This document shows positions 20,365 through 30,079 of a stretch of DNA of 64,000 nucleotides, in pieces. A program made the position numbers and the translations under genes. The notes beneath the pieces were generated by a model. That model did not search any database, was not told where the DNA came from, and saw only the letters and a list, made by a program, of their open reading frames with translations. The DNA lies in the NCBI GenBank assembly GCA_964291655.2, contig OZ219802.1:1824001-1888000 (forward strand), given 5' to 3'. The DNA comes from Chloroflexota bacterium (lineage in GTDB: Bacteria > Chloroflexota > UBA11872 > VXOZ01). Each line of letters begins with the position of its first letter. Positions within the stretch are counted from its first letter, which is position 1.

Positions 20365-21747
20365 CTATCCGCCCTGGTCGGCCAGAACGCCGTTAAGCAA
20401 CTCAACGGCCTGCGGGAACGCCTCCTGCACGGTGAGTTCCTGATTGTTCAGGGCATCCCATACCGGCTTGGTGGCTTCGTTACCTGCGGACGTGTGGATC
20501 CACGGGTACGGGCCGGAATTGTCGGCAATCTTCTCCAGATCCGCCAGCACCGGACGCTCTTCCACCCGCGCCAGCCAGGCTTCGCTCTGGTAGAACTCCT
20601 TGCGACCGGCATTCCGGGAGAGAATACCAGCGAAGTATTTCTCCAGGGTGGCCTCGCTGTTGACCCAGCTCATCCAGCTCCACGCCAATTCGGGGTCTGG
20701 CGAGACGCTGAAGAGGCACCACTGGTTCGTCCAGGTGACGCTACCGGGGGTCTCTCCGCTGGGGCCCTTGGGGAAGGGAGCAAAGTCGAATTCCAACTCT
20801 GCGTTGCGGCCGAAGATGTACCCTACACTCCAGGAACCTTGGGCGTCAATGACAATCTGCTCGTTGTCGAACGTCGCACCTTCCGGCTTGGGGCCGAACT
20901 TGTGCTTCAGGCGCAGGTCTTCCTTGAACTGGCCCGCGGCAATGCCTTCGGGGGAGTCAAAGGCCGCTGCTGAATTATCAGCCTTGTAGAGCGTGGCGCC
21001 ATTGGGATAGACCCAACGCGCTATACCATAGATGCTAAAGCCGTCGGCATCATAGCCCAAGCGCGTGATATTGTCGCCATCAACCTCGTGAATCTTCGTC
21101 GAATATTCCACGAACTGGTCCCAATCCCAATTCCAGGTAACTTCCCGAGAGGAGTCGAGGCCGGCGTCCGTCAATAGACGGGTGTTGAGCCCAACCACGG
21201 TGGTGGAGGGGCCGTCATACGGAATGCCGTACGTCTGGCCGTTGTGCATGTTGAAGAAGCGGCCGGAGTCCACGAACTTGTCGGGCGCCGTGTCCGGATC
21301 TTTGGCCTGAAACGGGTCGAGCGGCTGCAGGAAGTCTTTCAGCAACCAGTTGAGAATGAAAGCTACCGAGACCTGCGAGGAGTCTACCTGCTCGCCGGCA
21401 GCAATCATCGTGGTCACATGGTCCTGCAAGCCGATGGTGCCTTGTACGTGGACCGACTCGACGGTCACGCCGGGATTCAGTTCCGCAAAGTCAGCCTTGA
21501 TGCCGTCGAAGTACTCCTGAATTGTCGGCGCGCCACCGGGCCGCCACCAGTCCGTGTGCACGACCTTGCGCGCTTCGGGCGCCTTTGCGGCCGTCTCAGC
21601 CTTGGGGGCCTCTTCCTTGGCCTCCATCTCGCCTTCGCCCTCCATGGCGGCGGGCGCCGCGCCGCAGGCTGCCAGCAATACGCCGCCGCCTACCACGCCA
21701 CTCCAGCCGAGGAGAGAGCGTCGATTAAATCGTCCTGTGCTTCTCAT
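20365..21747 (-). CDS. Extracellular solute-binding lipoprotein (sugar ABC type, Tat signal)
   Basis: NRRSLL twin-arginine, LAAC lipobox, YGIPYD motif. Confidence 0.85.
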   Translation of the reverse strand: MRSTGRFNRRSLLGWSGVVGGGVLLAACGAAPAAMEGEGEMEAKEEAPKAETAAKAPEARKVVHTDWWRPGGAPTIQEYFDGIKADFAELNPGVTVESVHVQGTIGLQDHVTTMIAAGEQVDSSQVSVAFILNWLLKDFLQPLDPFQAKDPDTAPDKFVDSGRFFNMHNGQTYGIPYDGPSTTVVGLNTRLLTDAGLDSSREVTWNWDWDQFVEYSTKIHEVDGDNITRLGYDADGFSIYGIARWVYPNGATLYKADNSAAAFDSPEGIAAGQFKEDLRLKHKFGPKPEGATFDNEQIVIDAQGSWSVGYIFGRNAELEFDFAPFPKGPSGETPGSVTWTNQWCLFSVSPDPELAWSWMSWVNSEATLEKYFAGILSRNAGRKEFYQSEAWLARVEERPVLADLEKIADNSGPYPWIHTSAGNEATKPVWDALNNQELTVQEAFPQAVELLNGVLADQGG

Positions 21748-21822
21748 GGTATGAAAACCTCCTGAGCACTACCTACCTACCTACTCTCGGCATGCTCACC
21801 ATAGAGCAAAGCCGTTGCCCTA

Positions 21823-21851
21823 ACGGTACTAAGCCGCCTATTTGCTGTCAA
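21823..21851 (-). promoter_or_regulatory. Predicted sigma70 promoter, paralog of the rny promoter
   Basis: Minus strand TTGACA-17 nt-TACCGT, sharing flanking sequence with 20198-20226. Confidence 0.55.
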
Positions 21852-22010
21852 CAAGCTGACAATACTCTGCTTTGCGATGGGTCTTAACATGAAGCACCAC
21901 TCTCCCCTTCGAGAGCATGTAGGGCGCGGTCGTAGCAAAAGAAAACTGGGCGGGTTTTGCAACCCGCCCAGTCTTTATCGCTGTACTAAAGAGCAGAGGA
22001 ATGAGCTTGC

Positions 22011-23393
22011 TTAGGTGCCCAACTCCTCCAAAACGCCATTGAGCAGCCCCGCGGCCTGCGGGAAGGCCTCTTGCACGGTGAGTTCCTGGCTATTCAGGGC
22101 ATCCCACACCGGCTTGGTGGCTTCGTTGCCTGCGGCTGTGTGGAGCCACGGGTACGGGCCGGAATTGTCGGCGATTATCTCCAGGTCCTTCAGCATCGGC
22201 CGTTCGGCCACGATCTTCTGCCACGGCTCGCTCTGGTAGAACTCCTTGCGGCCGGCTTGGCGGGAAAGGATGCCGGCGAAGTACTTCTCCAGGGTGGCTT
22301 CGCTGTTCACCCAGCTCATCCAACTCCATGCCAATTCGGGGTCTGGCGAGGTGTTGAAAAGGCACCATTGGTTCGTCCAGGTCATGCTGCCAGGGGTCTC
22401 GCCGTCGGGACCCTTGGGGAAGGGCGCAAAGTCAAACTCCAGGTTTTCATTGTTGCCGAAGATGTACCCGACAGCCCAAGAACCCTGTTGGGAAAGGACG
22501 ATTTGCTCGTTGACGAAGGTCGCTCCTTCAGGCGTGGGGCCAAACTTGTGCTTCAGTTGCAAGTCTTCCTTGAACTGTCCCGCGGCAATGCCCGATGGGG
22601 AATCGAAGGCCGCTGCCGAATTGTCCTCCGTATACAGGGTAGCGCCGTTGGGGTAGAGCCACCGCGCGATGCCAGACAGGCTGAAGCCGCTGGTGCCATA
22701 GCCCAAGCGCGTGATATTCTCGCCCGACACTTCGTGCACCTTCTGCGCATATTCCAGGAACTGGTCCCACTCCCAATTCCAGGTTATTTCGCGATCGACA
22801 TCGAGGCCGGCGTCCGTCAATATGCGCGTGTTAAGCCCCATCACAACGGTTGCGGGGCCGTCGTACGGGATGCCATAGGTCATGCCGTTGTGCTGGTTGA
22901 AGAAACGGCCGGAGTCCACGAACTTGTCCGGCGCTGATTCGGGGTCTTTGGCCTGAAACGGGTCGAGCGGCTGCAGAAAGTCTTTCAGTAGCCAGTCAAG
23001 GATGAACGCCACCGAGACCTGTGAAGTGTCAACCTGCTCGCCGGCAGCGATCATCACGGTAACGTGTTCTCGTAACCCTCCCGTGCCTTGCACGTGGACC
23101 GAATCGACGGTCACGCCGGGATTGAGCTCCATGAAGTCGCCCTTGATGCCGTCGAAGTACTCTTGAATGGTGGGCGCGCCACCGGGCCGCCACCAGTCAG
23201 TGTGCACGATGAGACGGGGCTCCATCTCTTTCGTGTCTTCCATCTCGGCCTTGGGGGCCTCTTCCTTGGCCTCCATCTCGCCATCGCCGTCCATGGCGGG
23301 CGCCGCGCCGCAGGCTGCCAGCAATGCGCCGCCGCCTACCACGCCACTCCAGCCGAGGAGAGATCGTCGACTTAGTCTTCCAATGCTTCTCAT
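22011..23393 (-). CDS. Extracellular solute-binding lipoprotein, tandem paralog
   Basis: SRRSLL, LAAC; same length (460 aa) and highly similar to 20365-21747. Confidence 0.85.
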   Translation of the reverse strand: MRSIGRLSRRSLLGWSGVVGGGALLAACGAAPAMDGDGEMEAKEEAPKAEMEDTKEMEPRLIVHTDWWRPGGAPTIQEYFDGIKGDFMELNPGVTVDSVHVQGTGGLREHVTVMIAAGEQVDTSQVSVAFILDWLLKDFLQPLDPFQAKDPESAPDKFVDSGRFFNQHNGMTYGIPYDGPATVVMGLNTRILTDAGLDVDREITWNWEWDQFLEYAQKVHEVSGENITRLGYGTSGFSLSGIARWLYPNGATLYTEDNSAAAFDSPSGIAAGQFKEDLQLKHKFGPTPEGATFVNEQIVLSQQGSWAVGYIFGNNENLEFDFAPFPKGPDGETPGSMTWTNQWCLFNTSPDPELAWSWMSWVNSEATLEKYFAGILSRQAGRKEFYQSEPWQKIVAERPMLKDLEIIADNSGPYPWLHTAAGNEATKPVWDALNSQELTVQEAFPQAAGLLNGVLEELGT

Positions 23394-23657
23394 TATATGA
23401 GAACCTCCTGAGCGCTACCTACTAACCCACTTTCGAACATGCTCAAAATAAAACAAGAACACCTACCCTGTCAAGTACCATTGTGCCAACGTGCTCGAAT
23501 CGGTGTGATTGTCTGCTATTTCGGCAATCTAGTGCTTGAGCGTTCTGCCTTCAAGAGTCAGGGTATAGGTTATCAACGCTCAGCCTAGAGCCGCTCTCAA
23601 CCCAAGTTAAAGACCAAGACCGAGGAACCCAGCTCAAGACGCCAAACCTGCGGAGTC

Positions 23658-24662
23658 CTACCACTCAAAAACCACCCCCAGCCAATCTGCGCCGCCGCGC
23701 GCGATCATGTCGTAGGTTTCCGGGGCTTGTTCCGGCATCATGCGGTGGGTAATGAGATGGTCTACCTTCAGCGCCTGCCGCGCGAGCAAGTCCAGTATCT
23801 CCGCGCGGTTGCGCTCTTGCGTCCACGGGTAGTAAGCATGGGCAATCATGGGCGAACGCGGCTGGAGCACGCCGATGATGCTGAGCTCTTTCGTCTGCAA
23901 TGGATCGAAGAGCGGTATCTCCACGATGCGCGGGATACTGCCCACGAGGAGAATCTTGCCGCTCTGAGCGGCCATATCCATGAGCATGCGCATGGCGGTG
24001 CCGCTGCGGGTGGCGTCAAAGCCGTACGTCGCGCCCGCGCCGCCGGTAACCTCCATTACGCGCTGCACGACGTCTTCGTCGGCTCCGTTGACCAAAACCG
24101 GGGTACCGCTTTGCGCTCCCATCTCTAATCGAACGGGAAAGACGTCAATGCCGATCACAGGATGCACGCCGTTCAGACGCAGAAGCTGGCAGAGGAGCTG
24201 TCCGACGACACCTTGGCCCACCACGGCGGCAGTCTGCCCTAACTTGGGCTCCGCTTTGCGGATGCCGTGCATGGCGACCGCGCCCAGGGTCGTAAACGTG
24301 GCGTCAGCCGGGTCGACACCATCGGGTACCCGCAGCAATGTCTGCGGCGCGCCGGTGCGGCCGGTGGCGCGGTTAACGACGTGATGGGAAGCATGCCGAC
24401 CGTTGCTCAGCACACGGTCACCCTCGCTAAAATCCCCAACCTCATCGCCTACGCGCTCCACCACGCCGACGTTGGAGTAGCCCGGGTACTTGGGGAAGGA
24501 CTGGCGCTCCATATCACCGCGAAGATTCGTCAATTCGGTGCCTGCGCTAATCAGGCTGACCTCGGTGCGCACCAGCACGTCGTGTGGCCCAAGCGGCGGC
24601 ACCGTTACTGCTTCAATCGTTACCTTATTCTGTTCGGGAAAAACTATCTGGGTTGCTTGCAT
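23658..24662 (-). CDS. MDR/zinc-binding-type alcohol dehydrogenase family protein
   Basis: SLISAGTE, PGYSNVG, GQGVVG motifs. Confidence 0.82.
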   Translation of the reverse strand: MQATQIVFPEQNKVTIEAVTVPPLGPHDVLVRTEVSLISAGTELTNLRGDMERQSFPKYPGYSNVGVVERVGDEVGDFSEGDRVLSNGRHASHHVVNRATGRTGAPQTLLRVPDGVDPADATFTTLGAVAMHGIRKAEPKLGQTAAVVGQGVVGQLLCQLLRLNGVHPVIGIDVFPVRLEMGAQSGTPVLVNGADEDVVQRVMEVTGGAGATYGFDATRSGTAMRMLMDMAAQSGKILLVGSIPRIVEIPLFDPLQTKELSIIGVLQPRSPMIAHAYYPWTQERNRAEILDLLARQALKVDHLITHRMMPEQAPETYDMIARGGADWLGVVFEW

Positions 24663-24824
24663 GCCTATCACTCCTCTTCTGCATTCAGCGGGGGACAAGC
24701 CCCCGCGCTACTACATTCGTTCCCGCTTTGCGCAGTCATTTGCACTGTGCGCAGAAAAACCCATAATAGGACGTAGTCTTGACCGCTGACAGGTCCAATT
24801 GTACGGGAAAGGACGCAAACTGGA

Positions 24825-25850
24825 ATGTTAGGTGTTGGCATTATTGGGTGCGGCGGCATTAGCAACGGCCACGCGCGGGGTTGGAACGCCAATAGCGATC
24901 GCGCCAAGGTGGTGGCGGTGGCGGACGTAGTGGAAGCTGCCGCGCAGACGCGCGCGGCGCAAGTGGGCGGCGCGCGGGTCTACACGGACTACCGCGAACT
25001 CCTGCAAAATCCCAATGTAGACGCGGTGGACATCTGTCTGCCGCATCACGTGCATAGAGACGCCGCAGTGGCGGCGGCGGAAGCCAAGAAACACGTCCTC
25101 ATCGAGAAGCCGCTCTGCTTGACGATGGACGAAGCCAAGGAGATTGAAGCGGCCGTTGAGGCGAGCGGCATCACGCTCATGTGCGCCCACAACCAGGTCT
25201 TCACGGAATCCGTGCAGGAGATCAAGCCCCGCATCGACGACGGCCTCGTAGGCGACGTCTACTGGATTCACTCCGCCGACTGCTTTCTAAGCCGGCCCTA
25301 CATCAGAACGGGCTCGGCCGCGCTATCGTCGCATGGTCCGGGCACGTGGCGCTCCAAACGCGAACTCATGGGCGGCGGCGAGCTCATCGATACCGGCTAC
25401 CATCCGACCTACCGCCTGCTCTATCTGGCGGGCTCGAGAGCGATGACCGTCAGCGCATTGCTGACCAATCACCGCCTGCCGCAGCTCGACGGCGAAGACA
25501 CGGCGCAGGTGCTGGTGACCTTCGAGAATGGTTCCACCGGCCAGGTCCTCAGCTCGTGGGCCATGAATCTGCCGTCGGGCTATTCGATCCACGTGGTGGG
25601 CGACCGGGGCACGATCTCGGCAGGGTCGGGCCGCATTGAGATGATGCTGAACGGCATGGACCGGCCCGCGGTAAAGGAACTCCAAGTTCCCGACACGTTT
25701 GCCCGGGAGATCGAACACTTTATCGGTTGCCTCGAAAACGGCGAGACGCCGGTGCAGAGCCTGGCAGACGGAATCGCCACGCTGCGCCTGATCCGGGGAG
25801 CGTACCTATCAGTAGAGGAACAGCGGATCGTGTCGCTCGATACGGTCTAG
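24825..25850 (+). CDS. Gfo/Idh/MocA family oxidoreductase
   Basis: IIGCGGIS, HVLIEKP, GGGELIDTGYH. Confidence 0.9.
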   Translation: MLGVGIIGCGGISNGHARGWNANSDRAKVVAVADVVEAAAQTRAAQVGGARVYTDYRELLQNPNVDAVDICLPHHVHRDAAVAAAEAKKHVLIEKPLCLTMDEAKEIEAAVEASGITLMCAHNQVFTESVQEIKPRIDDGLVGDVYWIHSADCFLSRPYIRTGSAALSSHGPGTWRSKRELMGGGELIDTGYHPTYRLLYLAGSRAMTVSALLTNHRLPQLDGEDTAQVLVTFENGSTGQVLSSWAMNLPSGYSIHVVGDRGTISAGSGRIEMMLNGMDRPAVKELQVPDTFAREIEHFIGCLENGETPVQSLADGIATLRLIRGAYLSVEEQRIVSLDTV

Positions 25851-26072
25851 CCTACTCCCAAAAACTGGAAATCGCTGCGGAGCGCCGGCAAGCGTTCCGG
25901 AGAACATCCTAAACCGTCGCATGCCCCACGAACCTTCAACAAGACGGGCAGTTTGCCCGTCTTGCGCATTTGCGGCTCTACGTTCCCAATGCAGTTGCTG
26001 GTGAAGTCTGCCGCCGTAGGCCGGTACGTTATTGCCGGCCACCGCTCGCAAGGCGGTGACGATAGGGCCGGC

Positions 26073-27464
26073 CTAAACAGCGCGCACGAAACTGAGATCT
26101 TTGACCACATCGAGAATCGCAGAGAAGATTGGTGATGGGTAGATGCCCAATCCGCAACAGAGCAGGGCAACGAGCACGGCCATAATTGAGCCGGAACGCG
26201 AGAAGGGGCTGATCCTGCCGGGTATCTGAACCGGCTGGAGGCAGGCGCGGAGCGCCCGCGCATACGCGAGCATCAGCAGTCCGCTCCCCGCGAGGAGTGT
26301 GAAAAGAAACCATTCACCCTGTTGCGAAGCGGCTTGAAAGACAAGCCAGCGACCGGGAAAGCTGGCAAAGCCCGGCACACCGACAATGGAAAAGCTGCCC
26401 ACGATGAACGCAAGGGTAAGCAAGGGAGCGCGGGACGTCAGCCCGGCCAACTGCGCAAAGGAAGCGCCGCCGAGACGCTCCTCGATCACGCCGACAAGAA
26501 TGGCGAGCAAGAAGAGCGCCGCCGCCATTGCCAGCGCCTGATAGAGAATGCCCGTAACCGCCAATGCCGAGCGAGAGGCAACCCCTATGATGATAAAGCC
26601 GCTCGCGCTCACCGTGGAATAGCCCAGGAGTCCGCGCAGGTCATTGGTGCTGAATGCCAGAAGCGCCCCAAGCAGGACCGTGGCTAGTCCGCCCAAGGCG
26701 GCCACGGCGTTCAACTGCGCGTCGTTGGAAAGCCACGGAAACGTGGCCATCACCGAAACCAAGAATGTCGTCGTTGCGGTATGCAGAATTGCGGCGATCA
26801 AGATGAACCCCATCACCGGCGCGCGATACGCTACGTCCGGTAGCCAAAAGTAGAGCGGCGCGGCGGCCAGCAGAGTGCCGAAGCCCACGGCAAGCACGGC
26901 GGCAATGGCGCGTACACTGAGTTCCGTCTCGGGACTCACGCGATATTGGTCTACCAACAGGAGGCCCAGCACAATCAGCGCGCCCCCAATCGTCATCATG
27001 AGCGCATAGCGAATCACGGTAACGCCTATGCGTTGCGTCGGCACTGTGCCCAAGATGCCCATGGCCGCCACAACGTGCGCTAACTGCAGCAAAGCCGCGG
27101 CAACGACGTAGCGCGTATAGATCATTGCCGCGGCAATCAGGACTGCCGCCAAGACGCACGTGGTTGCGGGAAAGAACTCTCCTTGGCTGCGTATTAAGTG
27201 AAACACCAGAGTGAGTGCAAGTAGCCCAGTGATTGCAAGCAATGGCAAACGGGCCCTGGCGTCAAGCTGTATCGTGAAAGTCAGAATAGAGCTGCCGGAA
27301 TCGGTGTCCAAGACCATTGCCAGCAAGAATGTAACGACGAGCGCGCTAAGGGCAACCAGCCCTGAAAACGCCGTCCAGCGCCGAAAGAGAATGGCTAGCC
27401 CCGCCGCGCCAATAGGGACGATGAGCAAGTGCAATGGTGTTGTTAGCACGCTATCTGCTAGCAT
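26073..27464 (-). CDS. Proton-conducting membrane transporter-like subunit (NuoN/MrpD/HyfF-like)
   Basis: Polytopic; PLYFWLPD, LLGYSTVSASG, GVPGFASFPGRW motifs. Confidence 0.75.
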   Translation of the reverse strand: MLADSVLTTPLHLLIVPIGAAGLAILFRRWTAFSGLVALSALVVTFLLAMVLDTDSGSSILTFTIQLDARARLPLLAITGLLALTLVFHLIRSQGEFFPATTCVLAAVLIAAAMIYTRYVVAAALLQLAHVVAAMGILGTVPTQRIGVTVIRYALMMTIGGALIVLGLLLVDQYRVSPETELSVRAIAAVLAVGFGTLLAAAPLYFWLPDVAYRAPVMGFILIAAILHTATTTFLVSVMATFPWLSNDAQLNAVAALGGLATVLLGALLAFSTNDLRGLLGYSTVSASGFIIIGVASRSALAVTGILYQALAMAAALFLLAILVGVIEERLGGASFAQLAGLTSRAPLLTLAFIVGSFSIVGVPGFASFPGRWLVFQAASQQGEWFLFTLLAGSGLLMLAYARALRACLQPVQIPGRISPFSRSGSIMAVLVALLCCGLGIYPSPIFSAILDVVKDLSFVRAV

Positions 27465-28044
27465 CCCGCTCCAATACGCCCTCGAACTCGATGATCTGCA
27501 CCAGAGTTGCCAAGAAGCCTACCCCGACCAGCACCAAGCCTTGCACCGTTAACAATGCCATGCCTTGTTCACCGAGGAACAAGCAGATCGTAAAGTCCAG
27601 TCCATTGACGACGAGCAACACTCCCATGCTCATACCAAAGATGCTGGTACGCAGCACCACCGCAAAGAAACCAAGCAGGAGCACGGCTGCCGCAGCCATA
27701 GCGGCAATTTGGGGGATTAACGCCGGAATGCGCTCAGCCAGCAGATACGCTGCCAGAATGCCGAGGGCGGCGACGCCTATCAGCGTGGGAGTCTCAAATA
27801 TGGACTGGTTTTGCAGTGGTCGCTCCCGCTCCACCCACAAAGCTGCGGCAAGCATGGTGGCGACAGTGAGACCAATGATGATGCGCGTGACACCTACAAC
27901 CGTCCCTGTGTAGGCCATGAGCAGAAGAGAGGTGCCGAGAAATGTGGCGACAAGTCCAACGTAAACCGCGAGCCACTGGCGCACCGCCAATACCGTACAG
28001 GCACCGGCAAGGAGAATTGCGAGCGTGTAGTGTTCCCAGCTCAC
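27451..28044 (-). CDS. Polytopic membrane protein (HyfE-like position)
   Basis: Hydrophobic; GTG start overlaps upstream TGA (GTGA); lies between two antiporter-like genes. Confidence 0.6.
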   Translation of the reverse strand: MSWEHYTLAILLAGACTVLAVRQWLAVYVGLVATFLGTSLLLMAYTGTVVGVTRIIIGLTVATMLAAALWVERERPLQNQSIFETPTLIGVAALGILAAYLLAERIPALIPQIAAMAAAAVLLLGFFAVVLRTSIFGMSMGVLLVVNGLDFTICLFLGEQGMALLTVQGLVLVGVGFLATLVQIIEFEGVLERDASR

Positions 28045-29915
28045 GAGGCAATCCCTTGCGTTTCCAGAAGCAGGACGAGAAGCCCGAATATGGCGAGCAT
28101 TGCGATTGCAATGTAATAGCGCCGCTCCGCCGCGGCGGAGGTTCTGCCGAGAAACGCCAAGCAACGTCCCAAGAGCAGAAGCAGGCCGTTAGGCGGCACG
28201 AGAAGGCGGTCCGCAGCGCCGCCGATTGTCCGGGTTATGGATGCCAGTTGCCGCCGATCCCGAGGATGCATGCGCCGCAAGAGCACTACGGCAATCACAC
28301 CGACGCCGCCTACCAGTGCCGTAGAGAGCGTGCTCGGCACCAAATGCGCAGCCCAAGAGAACGTCGCCTGATCCGACATAGTGGCGTGGCTTATCGTCGT
28401 GACCGCCGGCCAGACAAGTACGGGAAACTGCCACTGCAGTACTGCCATGACAGTTCCCCCTGCGACAAGAAGCCACACGAGACTTCCCTGGCCGAGCAAG
28501 ACTTCCGCTCTGCGCACCGAGGTGAGTGGTGGATTGACAAAGAGGCGCTGCATCCAGCGCCCAAAGGTAACGATAACTGTGATACCAAAGAGGACTATAA
28601 GAGCCTGCAGGGGAATTGCCCAGGTCTCTCTATCAATTGCCAAGTAGAGGAATGAACGCGAAGCGGCGCTCAAGGGGAGAACCACTCCTGCGAGCGCTGC
28701 AATGCCGATAACTACGGCGGCTGCCGGCAACGCCCAAATGGCGCGCTGACTCTGGCGGTGTATCGCCAAGAGCGACGGCCCCGCCGCCGCGACCAGCGCC
28801 ATGCCGATGCCCCCACTGAAGACGATCAGCGCCGCCGCGGCGATGGCCTGGTAGGTGCCTACGGCGACCGCCACGGCGATGAGGCCGGCGTGGCCGATCC
28901 AATTAACGGCGAGCAGAGAGGCGAGCCTGCCTAATGCGAGCATTGCGGCAATCGATAGCGCCAAGCTCAGACCGCCGACAATGAGCAACGGATTCGCCCA
29001 CGGAAGGAACGGCTCCGGACCGGAGAGCACGAGAAACCGCGCGACTACGTACATGGTTCCTAGCAGCATGATACCCGCCACATTCGCGTAAATTGGCGCG
29101 AGATGACTGCGCAGGGAGGCCGCCCAACCGTGAAAGGGAGGCCAACTTGCTCGAGCGGCCACGGAGGCCAATACGAGACCCACGACCAATGCATCGAAGG
29201 CGCCGGAAGGAATGTCGCCGTAGAGATATTGGTCGCTCCGGCGAGAAATGATAAGAATTGCCGCAAGCAGACCGTAACCGGAAAAGTGGCTCACCATGAG
29301 CAAGCGCACCGCCGCCGCACTTACCTGCGGGCGTTCTTCCCGGGGTAATACGGCCAGGAAGTAACTGGTCAAGCCCAGCGCTTCCCAAAACACGTAGAGA
29401 AAGAGCAGGTTCTCGGAGAGCACCAAGCCCCCGTAGGCGCAGAGCGTGAGAAGGATGCAAGCGTAAGCTCTACCCATTTGATCTCGCGGGAGATGCGCCG
29501 CCGGAAGAATCCAAAGAAAGCAGAGCAATATCGCTGCGCCAAGCCAGAGAAAGAGCAGGCTTACGGAGTCGAGCCGAAAGGCCAGCACGATTGCATTATT
29601 GAGGAGCGAGAGCCAGGGTCCGACTTCGACTTCCCACGGCGCTTCGGCGCCAAGCGCCGCGTAGACGCTGATCTGCACGAGGAGCCCGGCAATGGCAACC
29701 GTGGCAACAATGGGATATACCTCAATCCATGTGTTGGAGAGACGGAGCGCAACCACGAGCGGTCTCAGCCAACGCCACCGTAGCAAGCGTTGCTGCAGCC
29801 ACGTGCTTCCCCGCACGACATAGTCGGCGCCGATGAATAGCAAGCTGAGGCCGAGGAACACCGCCGCCGGCCCAAACAGCCAGGGGTGCGGCACACTAAA
29901 GAAGAGATTCTGCAC
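28041..29915 (-). CDS. Proton-conducting membrane transporter-like subunit (NuoL/MrpA/HyfB-like)
   Basis: FRLDSVS, LYVFWEAL, PPFHGW motifs, many TM helices. Confidence 0.78.
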   Translation of the reverse strand: MQNLFFSVPHPWLFGPAAVFLGLSLLFIGADYVVRGSTWLQQRLLRWRWLRPLVVALRLSNTWIEVYPIVATVAIAGLLVQISVYAALGAEAPWEVEVGPWLSLLNNAIVLAFRLDSVSLLFLWLGAAILLCFLWILPAAHLPRDQMGRAYACILLTLCAYGGLVLSENLLFLYVFWEALGLTSYFLAVLPREERPQVSAAAVRLLMVSHFSGYGLLAAILIISRRSDQYLYGDIPSGAFDALVVGLVLASVAARASWPPFHGWAASLRSHLAPIYANVAGIMLLGTMYVVARFLVLSGPEPFLPWANPLLIVGGLSLALSIAAMLALGRLASLLAVNWIGHAGLIAVAVAVGTYQAIAAAALIVFSGGIGMALVAAAGPSLLAIHRQSQRAIWALPAAAVVIGIAALAGVVLPLSAASRSFLYLAIDRETWAIPLQALIVLFGITVIVTFGRWMQRLFVNPPLTSVRRAEVLLGQGSLVWLLVAGGTVMAVLQWQFPVLVWPAVTTISHATMSDQATFSWAAHLVPSTLSTALVGGVGVIAVVLLRRMHPRDRRQLASITRTIGGAADRLLVPPNGLLLLLGRCLAFLGRTSAAAERRYYIAIAMLAIFGLLVLLLETQGIAS

Positions 29916-30079
29916 GGCCTCTGCGCTTTCGATCTGCAGTGAGGAGGCTGCTCCCTACCCATGCAGCAAGGATTCGCCGACTGTCTGCTCTCAATTGTAC
30001 TGCGGGCCCTAGGCCGCGCGCCCCTGGCGCGCGGAGTCTTCCTATAGCTCTCTCAGAAATAGGTAGCAAAGCAAGGGTA

